Assembly (NCBI GenBank): GCA_963675755.2
Contig: CAXXMD010000003.1
Span: 2,432,001-2,496,000 of the forward strand
Direction of reading: 5' to 3'
From: a bacterium
GTDB taxonomy: Bacteria > Zhuqueibacterota > Zhuqueibacteria > Residuimicrobiales > Krinioviventaceae
Length of the DNA: 64,000 nucleotides
Shown: positions 18,573-28,961 of the stretch, one piece after another
Layout: each line of letters opens with the position of its first letter
How positions within the stretch are numbered: position 1 is the first letter of the stretch
Notes under the pieces: generated by a model
Told to the model about the DNA's origin: nothing
Database searches by the model: none
What the model saw: the letters and a program-made list of their open reading frames with translations, nothing else
Program-made: the position numbers and the translations under genes

Positions 18573-19647
18573 GAAACTAGCTATCCGGAAATTCGGAGAT
18601 ATTGAAAATAGAGAATTATCGTTAGCGTCAATTAATCTGCTGACAGGACCGGATGTATATGGCAAGCTGGTGTGTACCCGCACTTTATATTTTTTCAAAC
18701 AGTTTACCAGTGAAATGATGACATGTATCGAAAAAGAACTGACGCTGGAAGAATTTGAACAGTATTTGGTCAATGGCTTTGAGAGTCTGTTTTCTAAATC
18801 CATGATTGAAAATGTGGAACTGGATCTGCATTATGAACTGGATGGTTTTTATGTGACATTGAGCAGATCAAATACAGTGGATAAACCGGTAATACAATAT
18901 AGCGATGTTTTTAAATCATTATATACTCAAGGGCAGACGCTGTTTCGGGATAAAGTTAAAAGTTTTCCCACCCAGTTGGATTTGTATATGCAAGAGATCC
19001 AAAAGGTATTTGAAAAAGAATTTGGTGAGATATTGAGTAACGCATTGTCGCCCGGTTGGAGCAATCATCAATTATATATCCCTGCCGAACGGGCAATATA
19101 CGCCAATGTGCCCCGTGCCGCGCTCAATCTGCTCTGGCAGGACAAGGATATGGATCCCATTCTGATTGCCTTTGGTGAGATTTATGAAAAATTTAAACTT
19201 TTGCATTTTTATTTGACCAAAAAGGGTGTGGATTTAAAGCGTTCATCCATCGATATGCAGGACTTTCTTGGTGGCAGCTATGTGCGTGAGCAGGAATCGG
19301 ATTTTATTATTCGGGATGGTGGCAAAAAGACCAATATTATGCGTGCATTACCGGAAGACAAGGCTTTACTGCCGCTGCTGGTTATTCTCTGCAATCTGCC
19401 GGCACATCAATACGGCAATGAAGGCAAGACGGTATATATTGACAGTCCCGAAGTGTTTCTGTCTCCAGATAAACAGCTTGAACTGGTTAATTTGGTTGTA
19501 CGACTGCGGCAAATTCGTTCGGATTTACAGTTTGTGCTCACAACTGAAGGTCCAAGTATATTGAATGCATTTAAAATATTAACAGAGCCGGAAACGACCG
19601 CAAAGGTTAATAATAAAAAGATTGTGATAAAGGAATTGATGAAATAA
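18562..19647 (+). CDS. AAA_15/AAA_21-like ABC ATPase homolog with degenerate catalytic motifs
   Basis: LAIRKFGDI...INLLTGPDVYGKL (Walker A-like), YIPAER, VYIDSPEVFLSP..Q (Walker B/D-loop-like), FVLTTEGP (H-loop-like). Confidence 0.65.
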   Translation: MMNEKLAIRKFGDIENRELSLASINLLTGPDVYGKLVCTRTLYFFKQFTSEMMTCIEKELTLEEFEQYLVNGFESLFSKSMIENVELDLHYELDGFYVTLSRSNTVDKPVIQYSDVFKSLYTQGQTLFRDKVKSFPTQLDLYMQEIQKVFEKEFGEILSNALSPGWSNHQLYIPAERAIYANVPRAALNLLWQDKDMDPILIAFGEIYEKFKLLHFYLTKKGVDLKRSSIDMQDFLGGSYVREQESDFIIRDGGKKTNIMRALPEDKALLPLLVILCNLPAHQYGNEGKTVYIDSPEVFLSPDKQLELVNLVVRLRQIRSDLQFVLTTEGPSILNAFKILTEPETTAKVNNKKIVIKELMK

Positions 19648-19677
19648 AAAAAGCCCGCCGTTAAGCGGGCAATTTTT
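19646..19677. terminator. Bidirectional terminator
   Basis: A-run, GCCCGC-CGTTAA-GCGGGC, then T-run between convergent genes. Confidence 0.7.
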
Positions 19678-19749
19678 ACAGGAGATGTGTTTATCTAGCA
19701 ACTATATTTATCAAAAAATATAACACCCCCATGTGTCTATATATTTCCG

Positions 19750-20172
19750 TTATTCATCTGATTTAAACTCGAAAAACAGGGTTTTGCCCTGATAAAGCCA
19801 CAGTGTGTTCAGGTGCGTTTTGTATGTAGTAGTCGTCCGCAATAATTTTAAAAACGTTTGGTCCCAGGAGTTCTTGCCGCAATAGATCTCGGTACTTGCT
19901 GTTTTATATATGGTCAAGCTGTCTGGTCCTTTATGATCATATTCAGCAAACCAGGTATTGCAATTGTTTTGTCCGCTGCAAGTGCTGTCATTGTGAAATT
20001 GGATTGTGAATTTTTGATTTTCCGGGGGTGTGGTATAGTACCCATCAATATTGAACAGCGCCAGCGTCCATTCCGTATTCAATAAGGGACGGGTTTGCAT
20101 ATCGATATCTGTTGATGTATTACAGCCTAAAACAAGCATGCATACAAGTAATGCATAAACTTTCGAGTCCAT
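19750..20172 (-). CDS. META-domain (HslJ-like) lipoprotein
   Basis: Lipobox VLGC; L.NTEW.L; SGQNNCN.WF..Y; STEIYC. Confidence 0.8.
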   Translation of the reverse strand: MDSKVYALLVCMLVLGCNTSTDIDMQTRPLLNTEWTLALFNIDGYYTTPPENQKFTIQFHNDSTCSGQNNCNTWFAEYDHKGPDSLTIYKTASTEIYCGKNSWDQTFLKLLRTTTTYKTHLNTLWLYQGKTLFFEFKSDE

Positions 20173-20192
20173 AATTTTCCCCTTAATAAATG

Positions 20193-21170
20193 TTACTCCT
20201 GTTCAAACGCATCCGCATAACGTATAAGCGTTTTCATGTTTTTAGTCTCGAGTTTGCTGTAAATATTTTTTCTGTGTGTTTTGACTGTCAGCGGAGAGAT
20301 GAATAGGCGTTCTGCAATTTCTTTGGTTGTCATACCTTGTGCAACCCATCTCAAAATTTCACGTTCCCGTCTTGATAGCTGATTAAATTTTTCAATATTT
20401 TTCAAGTAAAATTCATTGCTTGAAGAAATATGCTCTACTTTCATATTCCCCACCAGTGTTATAGGAAAACCATAGTCGTCTTTGACTACACCGCACTGAT
20501 GTTTTAGTATCTGGTATTCACCACGTTTATCTTTGAAACGAAAAGAGAGTTTGAACGCATCATCAATTGATTTTTGATCAAATTTGACCAGAATCTGAGC
20601 AATTTTATTCATGTCTTTATTATGAATCCGTTTTGCAAACTGCTCAAAAGTGAAAAATGCCAGTTCTTTTGCCGTGTAACCCAGTTTAGCCTGAATGCAG
20701 GAGGATATGAATTTAAATTCTTTTAATCGGAGATCATATCTATAATAGATTTCATCCGAGCTGTCTAATAATATATTCAACATTGTGGCATTTTCAGAGT
20801 TCCTGAGTTCAGAAATCTCTTTAATGTTTGCAAGAACGTATTTTATATCTTTGTTGGGTTCTCGAATGGGCACCAGAGTGGCATCGTTATAGAAAATTCC
20901 ATTTGGGCACAAGATTAATCCTTCATCACTTACAGTCTCACCATAATCAATAACCCGATGAATGATGTGCATGCGTTCTTCAAGAATGGATGGTGGTGCG
21001 CTGAAAGCAATGTTTTTACCTTCCAGGGATCCCATTTCAAGACCATAAGCATGGTCCAGTCGTTTATCACTCCAAACTCTGCGATAATTTCCATCATAGT
21101 CTAAAATTAAAACATAAGCCCCGTTCATTGTACTCAAAACTGCCTGAAGCAGATGCTCATTATCAACCAT
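20193..21170 (-). CDS. PAS-PAS-LuxR transcriptional regulator
   Basis: C-terminal LSRREREILRWVAQGMTTKEIAERLFISPLTVKTHRKNIYSKL; two PAS-like segments. Confidence 0.85.
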   Translation of the reverse strand: MVDNEHLLQAVLSTMNGAYVLILDYDGNYRRVWSDKRLDHAYGLEMGSLEGKNIAFSAPPSILEERMHIIHRVIDYGETVSDEGLILCPNGIFYNDATLVPIREPNKDIKYVLANIKEISELRNSENATMLNILLDSSDEIYYRYDLRLKEFKFISSCIQAKLGYTAKELAFFTFEQFAKRIHNKDMNKIAQILVKFDQKSIDDAFKLSFRFKDKRGEYQILKHQCGVVKDDYGFPITLVGNMKVEHISSSNEFYLKNIEKFNQLSRREREILRWVAQGMTTKEIAERLFISPLTVKTHRKNIYSKLETKNMKTLIRYADAFEQE

Positions 21171-21347
21171 TTTACTACCTTTTTTAATACACGGTCAATT
21201 CATTAAACACTTCTGTACCGGGTACATGCTATTATCCCCTGTAAATAAAGCACGTTAATTCAGTACAGAACCATTTTGCACATTTTTTGAGTGGAGTAGG
21301 ATTTTATTATAAGGATGATTTGTGGAAAAGTAAAGGAGAAAATAATC

Positions 21348-21379
21348 AAAGCCCGGTATTAATTAAAATACCAGGCTTT
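21348..21379 (-). terminator. Probable terminator of pheA-pfp
   Basis: AAAGCCCGGTATT...AATACCAGGCTTT hairpin just past the pfp stop. Confidence 0.6.
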
Positions 21380-21391
21380 CGAGATAGTACA

Positions 21392-22678
21392 TTATATTTC
21401 TGTGGTCCAGTAGAATTTTTCTTTAAATTCAGCTTCGCTCATTTTAGCAGTTTCTACAAGTTTTTTTAGCTGGTCCGCATTTTCAAAATCTTTTTTCTGT
21501 AGACGTACCATATAGCTACGGGAAACTTTATAGCTGTCACTTTCAATTTCAACCATACGAACCTGAGTTTTGTTGGTTTTCGAATCGATCATGTCTTCAA
21601 AATAAAGCGGTGTCAGTTTGCCATTTTGCACACAGATCATTGCGTTTTTCTGGTGTGCCGGATCTTCACTCATCAGATATTGTACTGCATTGTAACCCAG
21701 TTCACGTGTGTATTCCTGATCAAAGGGGATAGGTGGATTACAGCGTAATACATAGCCGAGGTTTGATTCAACGATTGTTAATTTATCGCCACGTTCTTCA
21801 AAACGACGAGCCAACTCATTTTTAACGATTTTACCAAGGTCTACTTCTGCCAGGCGCAAGTGTCCGTAACCATCATATTCAACTTTAACACCCGGAATGG
21901 ATTCCAATTCTTCGGGATGGAATTTTTCGGCAACACCTTCTGAAATGATCAAAACACCATGATTACTGCCAGATGCTTTACGTTTCAGAATGGTACCTTC
22001 AAAAATATCACAAACTTTGCTCAATTCTATATGTTTTACATCACCAAATTCTTCAGAAATAACACAATTGGTAGCGCCTGCTGATTTTGCAATACCCAGG
22101 CCCAGGTGACCGGCATGACGACCCATGGCAACAGCCAGGTACCAGCGTTGGGTGGTTTTGGCATCTTCCATCAGGTTTTTAATCAGCATAGAGCCAACGT
22201 GACGCGCGGTTTGATATCCAAATGTGGGAAGATGGTTCGGCAATGGCAAGTCATTGTCAATCGTTTTAGGAACATGCGCAAATTTGATTTTTCCTTCTGC
22301 GCCTTTGGCAATTTCGCTTGCACCATAAGAGGTATCATCACCACCAATGGTAACCATATATTTAATATTGAGTTTGTTGAGGTTGTTAACACTGTTTTTT
22401 ACACCATTTTCAACTTTGGCAGGATTGGTGCGAGAGGTTCTGAGAATTGAACCACCTTCAAAGTGAATGCGTGAAACATCTTTGATGTGCAGAGGCACTG
22501 CATGGTCTAAAAAATCTTGCTCATTATCCTGTACTAGCCATTTATATCCATCATATATACCATAAACATCCAGTCCCTGTTGACGTGCGGCAATAGTTAC
22601 CGCAGAGATAACGCCATTCAAACCGGGAGCAGGACCACCGCCTACCAGAATCCCCAAACTACCTTTAGGATTACTCAT
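21392..22678 (-). CDS. pfp: Pyrophosphate-dependent phosphofructokinase
   Basis: GGGPAPG; GGDD and PKTIDND (PPi-type residues); MGRHAG; GGAG RBS before MSNPK. Confidence 0.9.
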   Translation of the reverse strand: MSNPKGSLGILVGGGPAPGLNGVISAVTIAARQQGLDVYGIYDGYKWLVQDNEQDFLDHAVPLHIKDVSRIHFEGGSILRTSRTNPAKVENGVKNSVNNLNKLNIKYMVTIGGDDTSYGASEIAKGAEGKIKFAHVPKTIDNDLPLPNHLPTFGYQTARHVGSMLIKNLMEDAKTTQRWYLAVAMGRHAGHLGLGIAKSAGATNCVISEEFGDVKHIELSKVCDIFEGTILKRKASGSNHGVLIISEGVAEKFHPEELESIPGVKVEYDGYGHLRLAEVDLGKIVKNELARRFEERGDKLTIVESNLGYVLRCNPPIPFDQEYTRELGYNAVQYLMSEDPAHQKNAMICVQNGKLTPLYFEDMIDSKTNKTQVRMVEIESDSYKVSRSYMVRLQKKDFENADQLKKLVETAKMSEAEFKEKFYWTTEI

Positions 22679-22691
22679 TCTGTTGACTCCT

Positions 22692-23552
22692 TTACTTTGA
22701 TTTATTTTTATTGTTTTCATGAGAATGGCCCGAGGGATATGATCCCAGGACCTTTAAAAGATTAGTAATTTCTTCAAGATGCCGTATAGCATTTTGACAA
22801 CGTTCTTCAACCATATCTCCGGCAAAATCCAGGTAAAAGATATATGCCCAGGGTTTACCGCGCAATGGCCGGGATTCGATCTTGACCAGATCTATGTCTC
22901 GCAGGGAAAAAACACTCAAAGCCTTGAACAAGGCACCCGGAATGTTTTTCATGGAGAAAACAACCGAAGTTTTATCCGCTGTGTTAAACTTTTGAGGCTC
23001 TTTGGATAATACATAGAAACGGGTAAAGTTTTCAGGAATGTCTTCTATCTCTTCTTTAAGGATTTGCATTCCATAGGTGTCAGCGGCAAGTTTGCTTGCT
23101 ATTGCAGCGGCATTTAGCATCTTTTTATCGCGGATCATTGCCACGCTGCCTGCAGTATCATAACTGGCTACAGGTTCTACGCTATCAAGTGATGTAAGGA
23201 AAAGCCGGCATTGTTCAAGCGCCTGGGGATGTGAGTATATAGTGTTAATATCCGATATCTTTGTACCGGGATTAGCGATCAGATGCTGTTCTACACGCAA
23301 AAAAACTTCACCCACAATTTTCAGATCATGTTCAAGTAATAGATCAAAATTGCGGTGTATACTGCCGGTTAACGAGTTTTCCATGGGAACGACGCCGAAT
23401 GCGGCTTTGCCGTCTTCAACGGTTTGAAAAACATCCTCAAAGGCTTTGCAAGGCACGCATTCAATATCCTCACCAAAAAATTGTTTTGAGGCCATTTCGC
23501 TGAATGCGTAGCGGGCCCCTTGAAACGCGATACGATTTGACATATTTTCCAT
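22692..23552 (-). CDS. pheA: Prephenate dehydratase (PDT plus ACT domain)
   Basis: FQGARYAFSE, PMENSLTGS, SHPQAL, NFTRF, KIESRP. Confidence 0.93.
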   Translation of the reverse strand: MENMSNRIAFQGARYAFSEMASKQFFGEDIECVPCKAFEDVFQTVEDGKAAFGVVPMENSLTGSIHRNFDLLLEHDLKIVGEVFLRVEQHLIANPGTKISDINTIYSHPQALEQCRLFLTSLDSVEPVASYDTAGSVAMIRDKKMLNAAAIASKLAADTYGMQILKEEIEDIPENFTRFYVLSKEPQKFNTADKTSVVFSMKNIPGALFKALSVFSLRDIDLVKIESRPLRGKPWAYIFYLDFAGDMVEERCQNAIRHLEEITNLLKVLGSYPSGHSHENNKNKSK

Positions 23553-23585
23553 TCTTTTTAAATAGATAAAATATATGAATCTATA

Positions 23586-23613
23586 ATGTAAAAAATAATT
23601 TTAAAAAAATCAA
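23586..23613 (-). promoter_or_regulatory. Sigma70-type promoter of pheA
   Basis: TTGATT-17-TACATT on the minus strand. Confidence 0.45.
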
Positions 23614-23667
23614 GTCTGATAAGTGTAGAGGGGTTTCATCACTCTGTATAAAATGGGTTATTTTGTG

Positions 23668-23696
23668 TTGCTTTTGAAAGCCTAAACAGTTATATT
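23668..23696 (+). promoter_or_regulatory. Sigma70-type promoter of the envC operon
   Basis: TTGCTT-17-TATATT. Confidence 0.5.
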
Positions 23697-23742
23697 TATA
23701 GGATATATTCATAATTCTGTGCATTTGAATTGAATTGTGCGA

Positions 23743-24933
23743 ATGAAAATGAAAATACAAATATCATTATTTATATTGTTCTTTGCAGTGAAAAGCACGT
23801 TTTCACAGTCGGGTATGCAATCAATCCAGCAGCGGGAAGAATTGAAAAAAATCCGCAATCAGATTGAGCAGTATGAAAAAGAGATTACTGAAAAAAAATC
23901 TGTTGAAGCCAATGCTGTTGAATTGATTTCTGATCTGGATAGGGAAATTACGGTTACAAAATCATTTATCAAAAATCTGCGCACAGATATAAATAAACGC
24001 GAGCGTCAGGTTAGTCAACGCCAAAAAGAGATAAATGAAATAAACGAAAAAATTGCAAGATTGCGGGAACAGGCAAAAAAACGAATTGTAGCATTTTATA
24101 AACATGGCAAGCGGCAGCAATTTGAATTGTTGTTGGCAAGTGATAGTTTTTCACAGGTTAAAACCTGGTTAAAATATCAAAAGCTTATTTCGCAAAATGA
24201 TCAACGGTTGTACCAGTCTCTGATTGAGAGTGTTGATCAATTGCAGCGCGGGAAGCAATATCTTCAGGCCGAGATTTATGAAAAAGAACGCAACATAAGC
24301 GAGAGGCACAAAGAAGAGACTCAGCTGCGCCAGAGTAAACAGAAACGCAACGAGTTATTGACCAAAGTGCGGAGTGATACGCGGATGTTGGAGAAACATT
24401 TGAATGAACTGCGTGAATCTCAACGACAGGTCAAAAATTTTATTTCGCAAAATGAAGAAAAACGTTTAACCCGGCAAGCACGGAAAATTGAGCCAACACG
24501 TGAACAGGCTCCGATTTTTAAACGTGACGGTACGTTTGCAAGTTTAAAGGGAAAGCTGCCCTGGCCTGCTAAAGGTCATATAACCAGCAAGTTTGGCCGT
24601 CATAAACACCCGATTTACAAGACTGTTACTGAGAACCTGGGAATAGAGATCCAGGCTCCATTGGGAACACCGGTTGTTTCGGTTGATCAGGGACAAGTGC
24701 AGACCATAACCTGGCAGCGAGGATTGGGAAACATTGTTATAATCAGTCACGATGATGGCTATTATACCGTATATGCGCATCTTGATGAAATACAAGTCAG
24801 CCCGATGCAGCAGGTAACCCAGGGTGAAGTGATTGGCACCGTGGGAGATACCGGTTCCATGAGCGGACCGATTTTGCAGTTCCAGATATGGAAAAATACA
24901 GACAGTATGAATCCGGAAGACTGGATTGGTTAA
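23743..24933 (+). CDS. envC: EnvC-like coiled-coil/M23 murein hydrolase activator
   Basis: Signal peptide, long coiled coil, KGKLPWP, YAHL. Zn ligands are degenerate (NLGIEI, LQFQI), as in EnvC. Confidence 0.8.
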   Translation: MKMKIQISLFILFFAVKSTFSQSGMQSIQQREELKKIRNQIEQYEKEITEKKSVEANAVELISDLDREITVTKSFIKNLRTDINKRERQVSQRQKEINEINEKIARLREQAKKRIVAFYKHGKRQQFELLLASDSFSQVKTWLKYQKLISQNDQRLYQSLIESVDQLQRGKQYLQAEIYEKERNISERHKEETQLRQSKQKRNELLTKVRSDTRMLEKHLNELRESQRQVKNFISQNEEKRLTRQARKIEPTREQAPIFKRDGTFASLKGKLPWPAKGHITSKFGRHKHPIYKTVTENLGIEIQAPLGTPVVSVDQGQVQTITWQRGLGNIVIISHDDGYYTVYAHLDEIQVSPMQQVTQGEVIGTVGDTGSMSGPILQFQIWKNTDSMNPEDWIG

Positions 24934-24953
24934 TATAGAGCTATTTTTTTATT

Positions 24954-26034
24954 ATGTTTGAACGAATAATTGGGCAAAGCCGCCCCAAAGATATATTACA
25001 GCGGGCATTGAAAAATGACCGTATTCCACATGCATATTTGTTCAGCGGCCCGGAAGGTGTAGGTAAAGAGGCTATGGCCATTGAACTGGCCAAGGCATTG
25101 TATTGTACCGATACCGAAAATCGTCCCTGTAACAGCTGCTCAAATTGTCAGCGCATTGGTGCATTTGAACATCCGGATATACATTTTCTGTTTCCGGCAC
25201 CCAAAAGTGCAACAATTGATGACGAAAGACAGATTCTGGACAGTTTGGGGTGAGAACCCATATGCACGTAAAAAGCCCTGGGCTAATCCTAATATCAGTA
25301 TTGATAAAATTCGGGAAATACGCCGGGTTAGCGCCATGAAACCCATGGAAGGTTTGCGTGTGGTGATCATTTCGGATGCAGATACCATGAATGTGCAGGC
25401 AGCAAACGCGCTGCTTAAAATACTGGAAGAACCACCACCAGCAATGCATTTGATCTTGATAACCTCGCGGGTCAATGCGTTGCTGCAGACAATTATATCG
25501 AGATGTCAGGAAATTCGTTTCTCGGCACTTTCTGATGCCGAAATAGCTGAATCTCTGATAAATTTTGAACAGCTTGAACCTGATAAAGCAGATATTATTT
25601 CCCGTATTAGTCAGGGTAGTTATGGTCGTGCTCTTGAATGGCTCGATGAATCCTTTGAACTGCGCCGTGAAATGGCTATCCAGCTATTACGTGCCAGCTT
25701 GAAAAGACCATCGAACCAGTTTGATATCATTGCGGATTTACTGGACAATTTTGATAAAAAGATGATCAGAGATATTTTGGGGCTGATTTTGATCTGGTTC
25801 CGTGATTCTTTGATCTATATTAACAGTCATGATACTGCACAGCAACATCTGGTAAATCTGGATAAAATAGATATTCTTGATAAATTTGTAAATACTTTTG
25901 AGTATATTGACATACAGAAAATAATTCAGCGAATTGAATATTCAATTCAACTTGTAGACCGTAATGCACAATTGAACCTGGTGCTTTATGTTTTATTAAC
26001 ATATATCCAGGACAATTTTAGAATAAAAAGGTAA
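24954..26034 (+). CDS. holB: DNA polymerase III delta' subunit, split by a +1 frameshift at ~25247-25253
   Basis: Frame 1: HAYLFSGPEGVGK, C..C..C, HPD. Frame +1: AANALLKILEEPP, TIISRCQ. Removing one G from GGGG fuses the two. Confidence 0.9.
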
Positions 26035-26039
26035 TATAA

Positions 26040-26888
26040 ATGATTGAAGTGGTTTTCAAAGGGGAACGGAAAGATATATATCATAACCCGCAGGAATTTC
26101 CATTCAAGGTGGGTGATTTTGTTATAGTAGAAGCGGAAAAAGGTGAAGATTTGGGCCTGATTAACCAGATTGGGTCTCGCCTTGAACGCAAAAAAGCAGA
26201 TAAAGTGATTCGTAATATTATCCGCAAACCCATGAAAAAAGACATGGAGCGGTATTACAATAATTTCCGTAAAGAAAAAGATGCTTACAAGGTTTGTCGT
26301 AAAAAGATATCTGAGCACGGTTTGGATATGAAACTGGTTGGTGTTGAATACCAGTTTGACGGGCAAAAGATTACATTTTATTTTACAGCAGATCAGCGTG
26401 TGGATTTTAGAGAACTGGTAAAGGAACTTGCCAGTATCTACAAAGTAAGAATTGAGCTACGACAGATTGGTGTACGTGATGAAGCCAAACGTATTGGCGG
26501 TCATGGAACGTGTGGAAGAAAATTGTGTTGTACTACCTTTTTAAAAGAGTTTGAACCCATTACAACTCAGTGCGCCAAAGAGCAGAACCTGCCTTTGAAT
26601 CCGCAAAAGTTGTCAGGTCTTTGTGGGCGTTTGCTGTGTTGCTTAATGTATGAACGCGAGTTTTATCGTGAACAGAACGAAAAGCTTCCACCAATTGGAA
26701 CCCGTTATAAAATGAAAAACGGTAATGCGCTTGTTATAGAGTTGGATGTATTTAAAGAGCAGGTTACATTGCACTTGCCTGATGATAAGCGGGAAAAATT
26801 TGATGTCAAAGATCTAGAGCAATACGAATGTATTCCTGTTGAACCTGAAGAAGATCAGGTTGCAGAAGAAAATGAAAAAAACGCATAA
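26040..26888 (+). CDS. ricT: PSP1-domain RicT/YaaT family protein
   Basis: FYFTADQRVDFRELVK, RIELRQIGVRDEAK, CGRKLCC, KLSGLCGRLLCCL. Confidence 0.9.
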   Translation: MIEVVFKGERKDIYHNPQEFPFKVGDFVIVEAEKGEDLGLINQIGSRLERKKADKVIRNIIRKPMKKDMERYYNNFRKEKDAYKVCRKKISEHGLDMKLVGVEYQFDGQKITFYFTADQRVDFRELVKELASIYKVRIELRQIGVRDEAKRIGGHGTCGRKLCCTTFLKEFEPITTQCAKEQNLPLNPQKLSGLCGRLLCCLMYEREFYREQNEKLPPIGTRYKMKNGNALVIELDVFKEQVTLHLPDDKREKFDVKDLEQYECIPVEPEEDQVAEENEKNA

Positions 26889-26909
26889 TATCCGGAAAGA
26901 TTGATTTAA

Positions 26910-28961
26910 ATGAAAGAGTATAAACGAATACTGGTCACCAGTGCTTTACCTTATGCCAATGGTCCCATTCACCTGGGGCACCTTGCAGGCGCTTATTTAC
27001 CTGCCGATGTTTACGTGAGATATCAACGACTAAAAAAACAAGATGTGATCTATATCTGTGGTTCCGATGAGCATGGTGTACCAATTACAATTGCTGCTGA
27101 AAAGAAAAATGTTTCTCCTCAACAGATTGTGGATGAATTCCATTTTCGCAATAAAAAAGCCTTTGAAGGCTTTGGTATGTCTTTTGATTATTATGGACGT
27201 ACCAGTTCTAAAATGCACCACGAAACATCGCAGGAGATTTTTAAAAAGCTGCATGATAAAGGTATATTCAAGTTAAAAAAAGAAAAACAGCTTTACGATC
27301 CCAAGGCTGAAATGTTTCTGGCTGACCGGTATGTAAAAGGTACGTGTCCGCATTGCTCTTATACGGAAGCGTATGGAGATCAGTGTGAAAAATGCGGCAC
27401 TTCATTGTCGCCATCCGAATTGATTGATCCCAAAAGTGCGTTGAGCGGAGAAACGCCGGAATTGCGCGAAACCGAACACTGGTATATACCACTTGGTGAT
27501 TTTCAAAAAGAGGTAGAAGACTGGATCAATACAAAATCAAACTGGAAAACCAATGTGCTGGGTCAGGTGAAAAGCTGGCTGAATGATGGTTTGGCGGACC
27601 GTGCGGTCACCCGCGACCTGCGTTGGGGAGTGGATGTTCCTTTGGAAAATGCCCAGGGCAAGGTTTTGTATGTATGGTTTGATGCGCCTATTGGATATAT
27701 ATCCGCTACAAAAGAATGGTCTCTTGAAAAAGGTGATGCAGATTCATGGAAAACCTATTGGCAGGATGACGAAACCAAACTGGTCCATTTTATTGGTAAA
27801 GATAATATTGTTTTTCATTGTATCATGTTTCCTGCAACCCTGATGGAACTGGGTGATTATGTATTGCCGGATAATGTACCTGCAAATGAATTTTTAAATC
27901 TTGAAGGAAACAAACTGTCTACCAGCAAGAATTACGCTGTATGGCTTGAAGATTATCTGGAAATTTTTGAGGTTGATCCGCTGCGTTATTATCTGGCTGT
28001 AAATGCTCCCGAAACCAAAGATGCGGATTTTACCTGGCAGGAATTCCAACAGCGAAATAACAGCGAACTGGCTGATATCCTCGGTAACTTTATCAACCGT
28101 ACTTTGACTTTTGCAGGCAAGCAATTTGATGGCAAAGTGCCTGTACGTGGTGAGCTGGATGAGAATGATAAGCAGATGATCAATGTATTGCGGGAAGCCC
28201 CTGATAAAGTTGGTGGATTTTTAGAGAATTACGAGTTGCGCAAAGCTATTTATGCGTTTATGGATGTAGGCCGTGCAGCCAACAAGTATTTCAATGATCA
28301 GGAGCCCTGGGTAACTGCCAAATCAGATCGTGAGAAATGTGCTACAACTTTGAATATATGTATACATGCTGTCAAGACACTTGCTGTTTTGATGGCGCCA
28401 TTTTTACCCTTTTCAGCTAAAAAAGCATGGGAAATATTGGCATTAGATTCTGATATTGAAAAGTATGACTGGGATTCTGCCGGCGATCTGGATTTGCCGG
28501 ATGGACATGCTTATGGCAAAGTATCTATTCTGTTTAGAAAGATTGAAGACAGCGAGATAGAACCCCAGGTTGAGCGATTAAAAAAGATTCAGGCTGCTTT
28601 GAACGGTAAAGTGCAGGAAGAAAAACCCGAAAAGCCAAAAATAGCTTTTGACGATTTTGCTAAAGTAGAATTGCGTGTAGCGCGTGTTTTAGCTGCTGAA
28701 AAGGTGAAAAAAGCTGACAAATTGTTAAAATTACAGATAGAGATTGGCGGTCAGGAACGGCAGATAATCGCCGGAATCGCTCAAAAATATACACCCGAAG
28801 AAATAGTTGGGAAAAAGATCATTGTGGTTGCTAATCTGGAACCGGCTAAAATTCGGGGTGAAGTATCGAACGGTATGCTGTTGGCAGCAACAGATGATGA
28901 TGGAAATTTTAGCTTGCTGGGACTGGACCGTGACGTGGAAAGCGGAGCGGGCATAAAGTGA
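26910..28961 (+). CDS. metG: Methionine--tRNA ligase with C-terminal tRNA-binding domain
   Basis: ALPYANGPIHLGH, Zn knuckles, YVWFDAPIGY, KLSTS, OB-fold tail. Confidence 0.97.
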   Translation: MKEYKRILVTSALPYANGPIHLGHLAGAYLPADVYVRYQRLKKQDVIYICGSDEHGVPITIAAEKKNVSPQQIVDEFHFRNKKAFEGFGMSFDYYGRTSSKMHHETSQEIFKKLHDKGIFKLKKEKQLYDPKAEMFLADRYVKGTCPHCSYTEAYGDQCEKCGTSLSPSELIDPKSALSGETPELRETEHWYIPLGDFQKEVEDWINTKSNWKTNVLGQVKSWLNDGLADRAVTRDLRWGVDVPLENAQGKVLYVWFDAPIGYISATKEWSLEKGDADSWKTYWQDDETKLVHFIGKDNIVFHCIMFPATLMELGDYVLPDNVPANEFLNLEGNKLSTSKNYAVWLEDYLEIFEVDPLRYYLAVNAPETKDADFTWQEFQQRNNSELADILGNFINRTLTFAGKQFDGKVPVRGELDENDKQMINVLREAPDKVGGFLENYELRKAIYAFMDVGRAANKYFNDQEPWVTAKSDREKCATTLNICIHAVKTLAVLMAPFLPFSAKKAWEILALDSDIEKYDWDSAGDLDLPDGHAYGKVSILFRKIEDSEIEPQVERLKKIQAALNGKVQEEKPEKPKIAFDDFAKVELRVARVLAAEKVKKADKLLKLQIEIGGQERQIIAGIAQKYTPEEIVGKKIIVVANLEPAKIRGEVSNGMLLAATDDDGNFSLLGLDRDVESGAGIK

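Noticed and set aside
23743-24933. Loss of M23 zinc ligands as a novelty
   Set aside because: Expected for EnvC-type amidase activators.
25251-25268. Selenocysteine or stop readthrough at the holB TGA
   Set aside because: The same frame hits TAA a few codons later; homology continues only in the +1 frame.
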